Source: Octopus sinensis (Eukaryota). From it: a stretch of DNA of 64,000 nt. The stretch is taken from NCBI RefSeq assembly GCF_006345805.1, contig NC_043018.1, positions 4,278,001 to 4,342,000 of the forward strand, in the 5' to 3' direction. Below, one piece after another: positions 29,241-41,661 of this stretch (within the stretch, counting starts at the first letter, position 1; each line of letters begins with the position of its first letter). Made by a program: the position numbers and the translations under genes. Below the pieces are notes generated by a model. It was not told the origin of the DNA, ran no database searches, and worked only from the letters and a program-made list of their open reading frames with translations.

Positions 29241-30494
29241 ATATCATTCAGTAAGCATTTAATTAAATATTGATTATTTTCCCCTGAAAATATGAAATAA
29301 ATGCATTCTATACTCTACATTCACTTGTCAGCAAGCAAGGTAATCTTTCCCTACAGATTTTTCACAGAAGACTGGAAATCAAAGACACTACTTGTATGAC
29401 AAGGATGATCATTTACAACCATTACATGATGTCAAAACAAAGGCACACACACATATGACAAGCTTCTTTCAGTTTCCATCTCACAAATCCATTCATAAGG
29501 CTTTGGTTGGCCCAAGGCTACAGTTTTTTCAGGGTGGTCATGCAGTGAAACTGAACCTGAGATCACAAAGCAGAGGATGAAGCTTGTAAATCATACAACC
29601 ATGCTTATACCTGTTATGAAATACAAGAATGAAAAAACTCATTATCTTGTAAGAGAATTGATTGAATGTGGTGCTTGGGTGTGTGAGTCACAAATATAGA
29701 GAATGTGTGTGTGTGTGCATGTGTGCGGTCATGCGTGCATGTATGGGTATGTGTGGATGGATTATATCTATCTGCTGAGCTTGGTTGCATGGCTTCTAAA
29801 ATTATGATGACAGAATGTTCAATTAATGTTTTAATACCTAAAATACTTCTGTATTCTTCTGTAATTCAGACAACTTCACAGTTTCAGCAATCAAAATGGA
29901 AAAGGCTGGAGGATGGTGAAGGTGATGCATTGGAACTGCCACCTTGACTCATGGGGCTCACACTAGCAGACAGCCATCTCCACCCCAATGACGGGGAGCA
30001 GGGTTATGTTCTGGGAGCCAAGAATGTCATAGGTCTCCACTGCCATAGGCTTGACCATAAACCTGACAAGCAGTGGAGCCTAGCTGGTGGCTGAACGCAC
30101 CTGGTTGCTGCTGGAGAAGGTATCGCAGCGTGTGACATCCCATATGAGGGGCCTACCACCTTGGAACAGGAAAATTGTAATACTGTAAGAACTTTTACTG
30201 TCACCTTGGATCAACCTGCGAAGGGAAACCTGCATGGGTTGTACGGTTCGACCGGGGATCTGGGAAGCCAGAAGGCTGCACCAGGCTCCGGTCTTATCTG
30301 GCAATGTTTCTACAGCTGGATGCCCTTCCTAATGCCAACCACTCCGTGAGTGTAGTGGGTGCTTTTTATGTGCCACCTGCACTGGTGCCAGGCGAGGCTG
30401 GCATCGGCCATGATTCAGATGGTGCATTTTATGTGCCACCGACACGGAAGTCAGTCGAGGTGGTGCTGGCATCGGCCACGATTCGGATAGTGCT

Positions 30495-30549
<55 letters not shown>

Positions 30550-30616
30550 TAAAATATATATATATATATATATAGATATATATATATATATATATATATA
30601 GATAGATAGATAGACA

Positions 30617-30649
<33 letters not shown>

Positions 30650-32251
30650 ATTGCAGTATAGAAGGTGTTTATAAGCCATTGAAAAACACACAAAAACCAT
30701 TAGATTCACTCCAACATTTAAATTTAATTTGACAAAATATTTTCGTCACTTTGAGACTGCAACCTGTTTACTGACAAAATTGCATGCTGCAGTTTTCGTG
30801 TGTTTTTCAATGGCTTATAAACACCTTCCATGCTGCAATTGTTTTTGCTATGTAAGCACATCTCCCCAATATATATAATGAGGAGAGATAAATGGTTTGA
30901 GTATGAAAGCAAAAAGAGGTGTGCGCCGACAATGGTGCAGAGACTTGGTGGCTGAGAGAAGTGGAAAGGAGGTGACTAGATGTGTTTGAGATGAGATGTT
31001 TGAGGGCTATGGTTGGTGAGACACGGATGGACAGGATGAGGAATGAGGAGGTGCAAAGGTGAGCAGGAATGAGAGAAAATCTAACAACCAAAATGGATAG
31101 ATGAATGTTGAGGTGGTTTGGCCACATGAAGAGAATTGATAAGGAGTGGATGGTAAGGAGGGTGATGAAGGAAGAAGTCAGCAGAAGCAGAGGCAGACCT
31201 CAGTTTATGTGGATGGATGGATGGTGTGTGAGGAAAACTTTGGTGGTTAGAGGAGTAGGAGGGAGAGAGACAAGAGAGTTTATAACTGATAGGAAAGATT
31301 GGAGAGTGTTTGTGGATGGATGAGTGAATTTGGTGTTGCACGAAAGGGTATGGAACCAGCATGATGTGGCGGGGGTAAACCAGCATATGCTGTTGGGCCC
31401 CGCGGCTGATATTGGGGGTTGAGTTCTATGCCTTGACCTGAGCATAGAATGGAGCTTGCTTCTTTGAGCTGGGAAATTAATGGAATGCCTGGTGTGTGTC
31501 TTGTTGTGGTTACCCCTTCCTAAAAAATGGGGAATAGGCCTGGGTATATATATATAATAAAAACAGGCAAGGGCTGGCCACAGAATCTTCTGCTGCAACA
31601 AAATATTGTCTGACCCATGGTAAAGTAGATGTTAAAATGAGGACAACAATGACGATCTTGATGGTGAGATATGTATTTGTCAGTCTCTGTCTATATATCT
31701 AAAACAAAACAATTTCAAACGTAGATAATGTTTTGCAAACCTCTAATAGCAGTGAATTCCAGCCATTTTTCTGAAGAAACTTTCTGTACATCCCAGAGAT
31801 TAGTTAACGGCTGATGAGTTACGGGTGGGGTGAAGTTTTCTTTCTTCTAAAATAGGAAAAATAAGAAATAATATTATAATAAACAATAATGACTATTATT
31901 TTACTCAGAAACCACTCCAATAACTAAAATCTAATCAGAAGGAAGAATTATTAGTAATAAGATAACAGCAGAAATAAAGGCTGGAACTACTCACAGTTTT
32001 GGTTCTCCAGGACGGGTAACTTTCCAATACACTTTGCACTAAATTAATCACTGAAGCAGATAAGTGTAAATAAATCTTATCAATTTGGACATTTACTTCT
32101 GTCAGTTTCTCCTGGTAATCATTCACTCTGCCAAATGTTATGTCACTTGGGTAAATTATCTGGAAAAGAAACCAGTAAAATCTGGTCCAGTTTTTGATTT
32201 TGTTTGTTAGATATTTCCACGTTTATGTTTATCTCCATAGATTTCCTATTG

Positions 32252-32312
<61 letters not shown>

Positions 32313-35300
32313 TGCCAGTACCTCCTGGCTGGCCCTCATGCTGGTAGCACGTAAAAGCACCCACTACACTCTCACAGTGGTTGGTGTTAGGAAGGGCATT
32401 CAACTGTAGAAACTCTGCCAGATCAGATTGGAGCCTGGTGCAGCCATCTGGTTCGCCAGACCTCAGTCAAATCGTCTAACCCATGCTAGCATGGAAAGCG
32501 GATGTTACATGATGATGATATATATACGGTGAGATATATACATATATATATATATATATATATTTAACAAGTTACAATAATGGTCATTACATATTTTTCC
32601 TTAACTGGAGCAAATTTGGTTTATAGCTGTTTCCAGGATTCATTACATGTATGTTACTAATAGGTTTAATGAATTGGTTTATTGGTCAGTTAAATATAGA
32701 ATTTTGATGAACCATAACCTTGGACCCTGCCATAAGAATACCTGGAGTTCTTGATTTTGTCAACTACACAATATAGTAGGGTCAGTTGAGAAAAACATCA
32801 CCATGATGCAATTCACTCTGTCAGAAATTTAGAAACAATATGCTGTACTGATTGGCATTCACACCGGAGGCTCCAATAGGAAGATTTCTGAGTGTTTGGG
32901 CATCAATCTGAGGACATGTACCAAGAGTGATAAAAATCAAATGTCCAGTCAACTTCATGGTGTTTGGAGTATTCATTAGTGATAGCAACATTATGCCTCT
33001 ATTCATCTTCCTACACGGCGTCAGACTCAACCTGGACGACTACATCAAGTGTCTGGAGGGTGGCTGCTGGAAGACCCTCTGTCTGGCAACAGGACTCTGC
33101 CCCATGCCACACAAGCAAGAGAACCCAATCGTTGCTGTCAGCCAATTTCTGCATCCACATCACCCCTACCATCTGGCCACCTAACTCTCCAGACTTCAAC
33201 TTCCTTGATTATTATGTGTGGGGTGCAAAACTCCTTGTAACACCAAAGATGAACCGAAGGCAAGGATTATGGCAGCATTCACCGACTTAAAGAAAGAGAC
33301 CATCAGGAAGAGTTGCAGGAGATTTTGAAGTTGTCTGGAGGCCATGGTTGGAGCCAATGGTGATTTTATTGAATAAATTTATTCTTTAGTATTTCAAGAT
33401 ATTTATATGTAATTTTGGTAAATAGGTGCAGGCATGACTGTGTGGTAAGAAGCTTGCTTCCCAACCACATGGTTCTGGGTTCAGTCCCACTGCATGGCAT
33501 TTTCAGCAAGTGTCTTCTACTATAGCTACAGGCCAAAGCCTATGTGAGTAGAAACTGAAAGAAGCCTATAGTGTGTGTTACCATGTGCATGTATGTGTGT
33601 GTATGTGTTACTGTGCACATGTGTGTGTTACTGTCTCCTTGCCTTGACATCACAAGATGGTTGTAAACAAGTGTGACCTTCATACAAGCAGTGTCCTTTA
33701 TTTCTAGTCTTCCATGCAAAACATTCTTCACTATAGGAAAATATTACTCTACTTGAAAACAGGTGAAGGTTAGCCATAAGAAGAGCATCTGGCCAGAGAA
33801 AATCTGGCTCAACAAAACCTGTTCAACTCTTGAAAGAAAGCAATAGTGGATGTCTAAAAAAATAATGTTGACAAAAACAATGATAGGACCTCAATGGTTT
33901 CTCTGATATTTACATGCTAAACATTTAACAATTTATATATATATATATAAAAGCACAGCACATAGACACAAAGAATATAAGCTAAAGTTTGCAATTTGGA
34001 AACATTAGTACCACCCTTGGTTTTTTTAGACTTAGTAGTCTTTTTTCTTATATAAGTTGTTATTATGACAACCAATATTATATTTTACATAGTATTGGAT
34101 GCTGTTATAAGTGGTGCATAACATTTATTGAAACAGAAAAAAAAACCCCCAGTAAAAATGGTTGGTTAAAAGAACATTGACTATAATTCTTACCTTGTTA
34201 GAACTATCATCAAATTGACCATAATAGCAAGATATTAACTGCATTTTCTGTATATCCACTTGAATTTCTTCACGTAAGTTAAAATAGAAATAATCAATCC
34301 TCATACCAGCCTGGAATAAACAACATCAAAGAACAAGTAATAAAGAATTAGCTTCTTCTTTCTTTACTTAGACACAACTAATTTATTGAAGACAAAAATG
34401 AGTGTTCAATGATTTTTAGGGGTTTTTCTCAGTAAGACAATAGATTGACAGTATCCTTAAAATATTCAGTAAAAAAAAAAATTTTATTAAATAAAACATG
34501 GCTGTGTGGTAAGAAGCTTTGTATATATACATATATAAAGGGAAAGTTTACAAAAATAAACAAAAGACAAAGGCAAGTGGTGTACAAACAAAGAGATGTA
34601 TTAGTATAGCGCTCAGGAATAGAAAAAGTCTTTTACGTTTCGAGCCTACGCTCTTCCACAGAAAGGTACACAGAAACAAACAAGGAGAGAAAAAAATGTG
34701 TGTAGTAGCTAATGATCTATCATGGCGTCTGACTCGGACAGAATGGTCAGACGGAAAGTAGGGGAGATAACAAGGTCAAGATGACCGCCAACTTGAAGGA
34801 GCCCCCAACACAAAGGTGCTTGTGTGTAAAGAGAGTATGTATGTGCTGGTGGTCTGGACGTGTGTGTGTATGTATGTCTGGGTGTGAAGATGTGGGGATG
34901 GGTGTGTGGGTGGTGTGTTGTAATGTGATGTGTAATGTTGTATGGTGTAGTGTAGTGTGGTGTGGGGAGGTGGGGAGGCGAGAGTGGGAAAAGCACAGGT
35001 GGGGTGTGGGTTCGACTGGGGGTTGGGTAGAGTAGGGGTTGTGGGTAGGCAGAGGGTGGGGTTAGAGGTGAGGTATGTGGGGGAGGGGAGGTATGCGGGG
35101 GAGGGTGGGGGATAGGGTGGGGGAAGGATAGGGAAGGTGAAGTAAAAGTGGGTGGGTGGGTTTATCAGGGAGGGGAAGGTGGGTATGTGAGGAGAGAGAG
35201 GAGGAGAGAAGAGAGAGGAGAGGAGAGTAAGAGACAAGAGAGAAAGATAGTAGGGGTGAAGAGAAGTAGCAGTGAAGAGAAGGAGAGTGAGGGAGCAGAG

Positions 35301-38300
35301 AGAAAGAGAGTAGGGGAGAAGAGGGAAAGAGAGTAGAGGGAAAAGAGGGAAAGAGAGTAGGGGTGAAAAGATGTAGGAGTGAAGAGAAGTAGGAGTTGGG
35401 GAGGAGGATAGATGAAAAGGGGAGGAGAGTTGAGCCCAAATGATGTAAAAGAGCAAAGTGAGAAGATTAATCCCTGTTCACGGCGCAAGCGGGAGTCCGG
35501 ATGGCCTCTGTGCAAGGACAATCCGAACACAGACAGGTGTTGCAAGGAGTGACCGGTGGAGTGGAAATGGCGTGAGACTGGGGTGTCATAGCCGAGGCAG
35601 ATGTCTCAGAGGTGTTCCACGAACCGGTCAGCCAAGTGGCGTCCCGTTTGACCGATGTACAGGGAATGGCAGAGAGAGCAGGAGATGCAATAGATGATAT
35701 TGCTGGAGGTGCAGGTGAAGGAGTTGATGATGCGATAGGGTCGATGATGGGTGCCGGTGAGGAGAGTGGTGTTGGAGAGGTAAAAGCAAGTGCGGCAGTG
35801 TGGGTGGGAGCAGGGGAACAAGCCAGGTTGGGAGGTAGGGTCAGGGAAGAAGCTGTGGAGCAAGAGGTCTCGTAGATTATGGGCTCATTTGAAGGAGAGG
35901 AGGGGTCGGTTAGGGAAGAGGTGTGAAGTGGACGGGTCGGACTGGAGATGCTGGAAAGCTTGTAGAATGGTGCGCTGGAGAGGTAGGGTGGTGGGGTGGT
36001 AAGTGGGGGGAAAAGGGAGGTGGGAGACTACAGGGCGATTTTGGGGGAGAGAGCAGATGCACGGCCTACGGAACGTGCTCTGGCAAGGGCAGTGTGGATA
36101 GTGGTGAGGGGGTATCCACGTAGGATGAATTGGCAAGCCATGAGTTGAGACTGAGTCTCAAAGTCATGGTCGTCACTACAGAGCCTGCGTAGATGGAGGA
36201 ATTGAGAATAAGGGATGGAAAGCTTGGTGTGTTTGGGGTGGGAGGAAGAGAAGTTGAGATATGAGTGTGAGTCTGTGTGTTTGTAGTCAATGGAGGTGGT
36301 AAGAGTGGAGTGATGAATGCTGACCAAAATGTCAAGAAAAGAGACAGAGGTGTCGGAGATAGTGCAGGATAAGTGGAGGGAAGGATGAAAGAGAGGAAGG
36401 AATCTCCCCCTCCACAAGCATGTAACCTTCCTTTTTTAAAAAAAAACCCACAAAAATCTGAAAATACTTATAGGGAAGTTTCCATGATATGTATGGGATT
36501 ATTATAAGTATTTTCAGAGTTTTTTGGGTTTTTTTAAAAAAGGAAGGTTACATGCTTGTGGAAGGGGTTAAATTAATATACTTCCTTCCACAAGCATGTA
36601 ACCTTTGTAGTTTTAAAACAAAAACAAAAACCCAGAAGAGATTCTTATTCTAGCAGCTCTCACAGCATCTACACCTGCTACTGACTTGGTCACCTAGGTA
36701 ACGGAAGCTATCAACTACTTCTAGTTTTCCCTGCTGACATGTGATGGAATTTATTTTTTGTACATTTTTGGTGTTTATCGTACCTGTGCACCTTCCACAC
36801 ACAAAAACTATCTTCCCTGTTGACCTTCCTCTGATATTGCTGCACCTCTTATGTATCCATAGCTTACACTGGGTACATCTTATGAAGTTTCTACTGATGC
36901 ATTTTCTACAGGTCCAGCTGGGCCATCTACCTGAAGGGATTTGTGATTTGTCTGCCTTCCTACTTACTAAGACTTTGGTTTTTACTAGGTTAACTCTAAG
37001 GCCCTTTGATTCTAGACCTTGTTTCCATATCTGGAACTTCTTCTCAAGTTCTGGTAGTGATTCAGTCATAAGAGCAAGGTCATCAGCATAGAGGAGCTCC
37101 TAGGGGCAGCCTGTCTTGAATTCCTCTGTTATCGTCTGGAGGACTATGATGAACAAGAGGGGCTGAGGACTGACCCTTGTTGAACCCCTACTTGTACCCT
37201 GAATTCTTCACTGTACTCATTGCCAACCCTCACCTTACTGACAGCATCCCTGTACACGGTTTGTGCAGCTCTCAAAACCACTCATCTATCCCTAGTTTCC
37301 ACATTGAACATCAAATAAGGGATTGCGGAACCCTGTCAAAGGCTTTCTCCATGTCAACGAAAGCCATGTACAGAGGTTTATCTTTGGCTAGGAATTTCTC
37401 CTGAAGCTGTCTTACCAGAAATATAGCACAAGTGACGCTTCTCCCTGGCACAAACTCAAACTGCATCTATTCTAAACTAACATTCTCCCTAATTAGTTAT
37501 GACCCTCTCCACGACTTTCATCACTTGATATGTATCTTTGTGTCTGTGTTTGTCCAACCATCACACTTGACAACTGGTGTTGGTGTGTTTATGTCCCCAT
37601 AACTTAGCATTTCAGGAAAAGAGATCGATAGAATAAGTACTAGACTTTAAAAATAAGCCCTGGGATCGATTTGTTCAACTAAAACCGTTCAAGGCAGTGC
37701 TCCAGCATGGCTGCAGTCAAATGACTGAAACAAATAAAAGAATAAAACAAATTTCTTGTTTATATATTTGTAATAAACATTGCTATTACTTTTATGAATT
37801 TTAACAATATAATTGCTATCTACTCCATCAGAAACCTATTTCTGCAAGATTTCAAGTCCTCCCATAATTACTCTACCATTTACCTCTTTCTTCTTCCCTG
37901 TCAGTCTCTATGCCTCTTTTTCTCTCACTGTGTGTAGCATTTCTTTACGCCTTGTCTGCCACTAAGCCTAGTATGGCCACTCATCCTATATCTCTTAGTC
38001 ACAACAATTACAGGTAGAACTTACCTTTAAAACAAGAATAGGACAAGTCCGTTTTTCTGGATTTGAAAAGAATACAATTTCTGGATCTGCAATTTTGCAG
38101 CTCACAGTAAGGTTAGATGCATCCGTGGGTAACAAGAAAGAAGGTTTTGAGTCTTGTGCAGTTGCTAAGCTTGAAGTGTTCATGCCATCCACAGTTGATG
38201 TATAACTTGTTTCAATGGAACCACTGAGAAAGCGTATAAGAGAGTTCAAATACGTCGGACAAATGTGGAAACGTAGTTTCCGCAGTGACAGGTCCACTGT

Positions 38301-41300
38301 AAATATAAATAAAATAAATATATGTGTGTGTAAATTTATTTATTTATATATATATATATAAAGGTAGTCAGGATTGAATAAAGAACTGATTAAAAGTTTT
38401 CGCATGCATCACAATGTTCAGAATATTGTAATTTATAATCTCTGATAACTGTATTAACAGCAAACTTAACCACTTTACTAGACTTTACTGCTACATCATT
38501 AGTAAAGCAGAAATTCCTGTCTGATTTACCAAGGGCCTCCACACAATTTTTGTCTACCAAATTCATAATTTGCTCACAAGGTCCTGTATATTGTGGAGAG
38601 ACTAAATGAACATTTGAGACAATATGACGACAAAACCATTCCTCCATACTCTACCAGCATGGAGGCAAACTGGGTCAACTCAACATCCATATTTTATCCA
38701 AGCACCTGAAAGACCCAACACTCAAACAAATACAGGAGTATGTCCTCATAAATGAAACATCCCCAGTACTAAGTAGGAAATATACATAGAAGGCAGTCAT
38801 ATCCCCATACCCACAGTTTATACAGTTTATATATTCATAGGTAGAGTTGTTGGCAGGGTGTTATGTTTTTTTTTAACAAAACTGTCCGACGAATGGGAAC
38901 GTGAAACTCTGAGTAACAGCTTTCGTTATATTTCTGCTTCTTTTAAATAAAGCATATTACTCTACCTCTGGTATTTGAGTACACACACACACACATATAT
39001 ATACATATATATATATAAAATTGAAAACTATGAGGAGAGTGGAGATTTATTTGCATCCAAAGCAGTATACACAATAATGACCAACATATGTTTCTACTGC
39101 AGCAACTGCACATTGTTCTGTATGCAATCATGCATCCTAGTCACTGCAATTTCATGAAGGGTCCATCACTTATGACGTTTTCAAAGTAAACTAATTAAAA
39201 CAAGCTTCCTGAGTTGGTATTCACCTGAATGTGATAGCATTACTTTTCAAATTGAATTGAATTCTGATCTTATCACATCATCATCATCATCATCGTTTAA
39301 CATCTGCTTTCCATGCTAGCATGGGTTGGACGATTTGACTGAGGGCTGGGGAACCAGATGGCTGCACCAAGCTCCAATCTTGTGCTGGCAGAATTTCTAC
39401 AGCTGGATGCCTTTCCTAATGCCAACCACTCTGAGAGTGTAGTGGGTGGTTTTATGTGCCCAGTCAGGCGGTATTGTTATTACATTTGAATTGTGGTTTT
39501 AAAATGTTTATATTACAATCAATTGTAGCAGTTTTATTTACATTTTACTATATGGAATATATTATCTATTTAGAAGCATTTCACTTATTTTGGGTCTATA
39601 CCCTCAAGGGATGCTATCTGTATTCTTGGCTCTTCAGTTCTCTTGAAAACGAATAACAGAGGACGTGGATATCAAGCTTATGGATTTGTCCTGGATGACA
39701 GAGATTGTGCCTCATTGATACGTACCTGGTGCTCTTCTTCTTGAGGAATTACTTTGCCCTGCCTAAGCTCCTTTTGTTGCTATACAGTGCACCATGTTAC
39801 CCTCTCATGGACTACCTCAGTGATATTGATAAGACACCATCCAGCACTGTGCTGAACTGACCTGCAATATTAGTTTTGACAGTGCCAGCTGGCAACTGGC
39901 TAAATTGCCTGTTAAATTCAGTTGTCTTGGCATCCATTCCGCACTGGACCTGGTCCTTCTGCCAGCCTTCCTTTTCTATTCATAATATATGGTAAATGAG
40001 GGCATAGCAGGAACCCTGTCAGTTATGATGACAACCATTTCAGCCTGTTCATGAAATTAACGTGCAGCATAACACAGAATGTGGCAATACTGGCCCTTTG
40101 AAATACAGGAACAACTCATTTTTGACAGCTGAGTGGACTGGAGCAAGGTGAAATAAAGTGTCTTGCTCAAGGACACAATGCAAGGTCTGAGAATCAAACT
40201 CACAACTTAAACATCATTAGGTCTTCAATCCAAACTATTACACCACACACCTTCAGAGAAAGATAAAAATGAAAAAGAAAGAGAAACAATAGAGGCAGGC
40301 ATGGCTGTGTAGTTAAGAAGCTCACTTTCCAGCCATGTAGATTTGAGTTCTGTCCCACTACATGGCACCTTGGGTTGGCTAAGGCCTTGTATCTGTGAAC
40401 TCAGTACAGAAACTGTTTGGCAGCTTATAATGTCTATCTGTCTGTATGCATGTATGTGTGTATATGTGTATGTATATTAGAAAAGATAAGGTACTCAGAA
40501 ATCTGGATGGTTGTACATTTAAAGATTTTTATTAATATGTCACGTTTTTATAAATCATATAAATTAGAGCTTGCATCTACTCTAGTAGATTCTTCAGATT
40601 TCAATTTTTTGAAGGGATTCATCTCTTTTTATAGTGTTATTGAGTGTGTAGGGGTGGGGAGATAAATAGGATAGTAAAAGAGGGTGAGGAATGGAGAGAA
40701 AGTGAGAGAGAGTGTGTGTGTTTTTGTGTGTGTGTTACATTCAAACTTAACAATAGTCCTACAAAGCCCCAAAATGGGAAACAGTAAACACCAAGACAAA
40801 AACCAGAAGAAACAACTAACAAGAGCGAAATTCTCATCAGAGACTAAAACCAAATTCTTTGTAAAAGAGTGTGGAGATGGTAGCCATGGGATCTGCAGTA
40901 ACCCCATCTCCAAATATATAGAGGGAAACAAACAAATAAAATTTAAGAGTGGTCACACATTTAAAGTAAATGCAGACATGAATTGCAAGACGCAGAACGT
41001 ATTATACTGCATAATCTGTCCCACATGCAAGGAGAATTATATAGGTGAAACTGGAAATTCTTTATGCCAATGAGCAAGAATTCACTGACAACATGTCCAA
41101 CAGGAGGAAGTGCGAAAGATTCCACTGAGTAAACACTTAGAAACATGTGGACAAGGAAGATTCAAGATCTTTCCCTTCTATAAATGCCCATGGAATGACA
41201 CCTTCTTCAGAAAATATATGGAATTTCATAACAAAGTTCTCCCCCAAACTGAATGGCTGAAGATATGAAAATCACAGCAACTTCCCTATAAACCCATCAA

Positions 41301-41626
41301 GAACTATTAGCTTAGTCTGTATAATAATGTCCTCACAATGTACAAGAACTTGTATGCATATCTGTTTCATTGAGCTCCTTCACAAGACACTTTCCCTTGT
41401 ACATTATTGCCCATCCTAATATCTTCATTTTTGTAAAGAATTGTTCCTTATATTCATTCCCCTTGAAAACTATATATACATATATACATACATACATACA
41501 TAGCTGTGACTGGTGAAATATCACTATTTCTGTAATGATTTGTACTGGACGAAGGACCAATTTTCTGAGTACCTTATTTTTTCTAATATATAATACCTGT
41601 ACATCACCTTCAAACCTTCTAATATA

Positions 41627-41661
<35 letters not shown>

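Noticed and set aside
29320-29375. Candidate acceptor tttgatttccag
   Set aside because: The required frame stops after six codons; the true phase 0-1 exon is 31741-31846.
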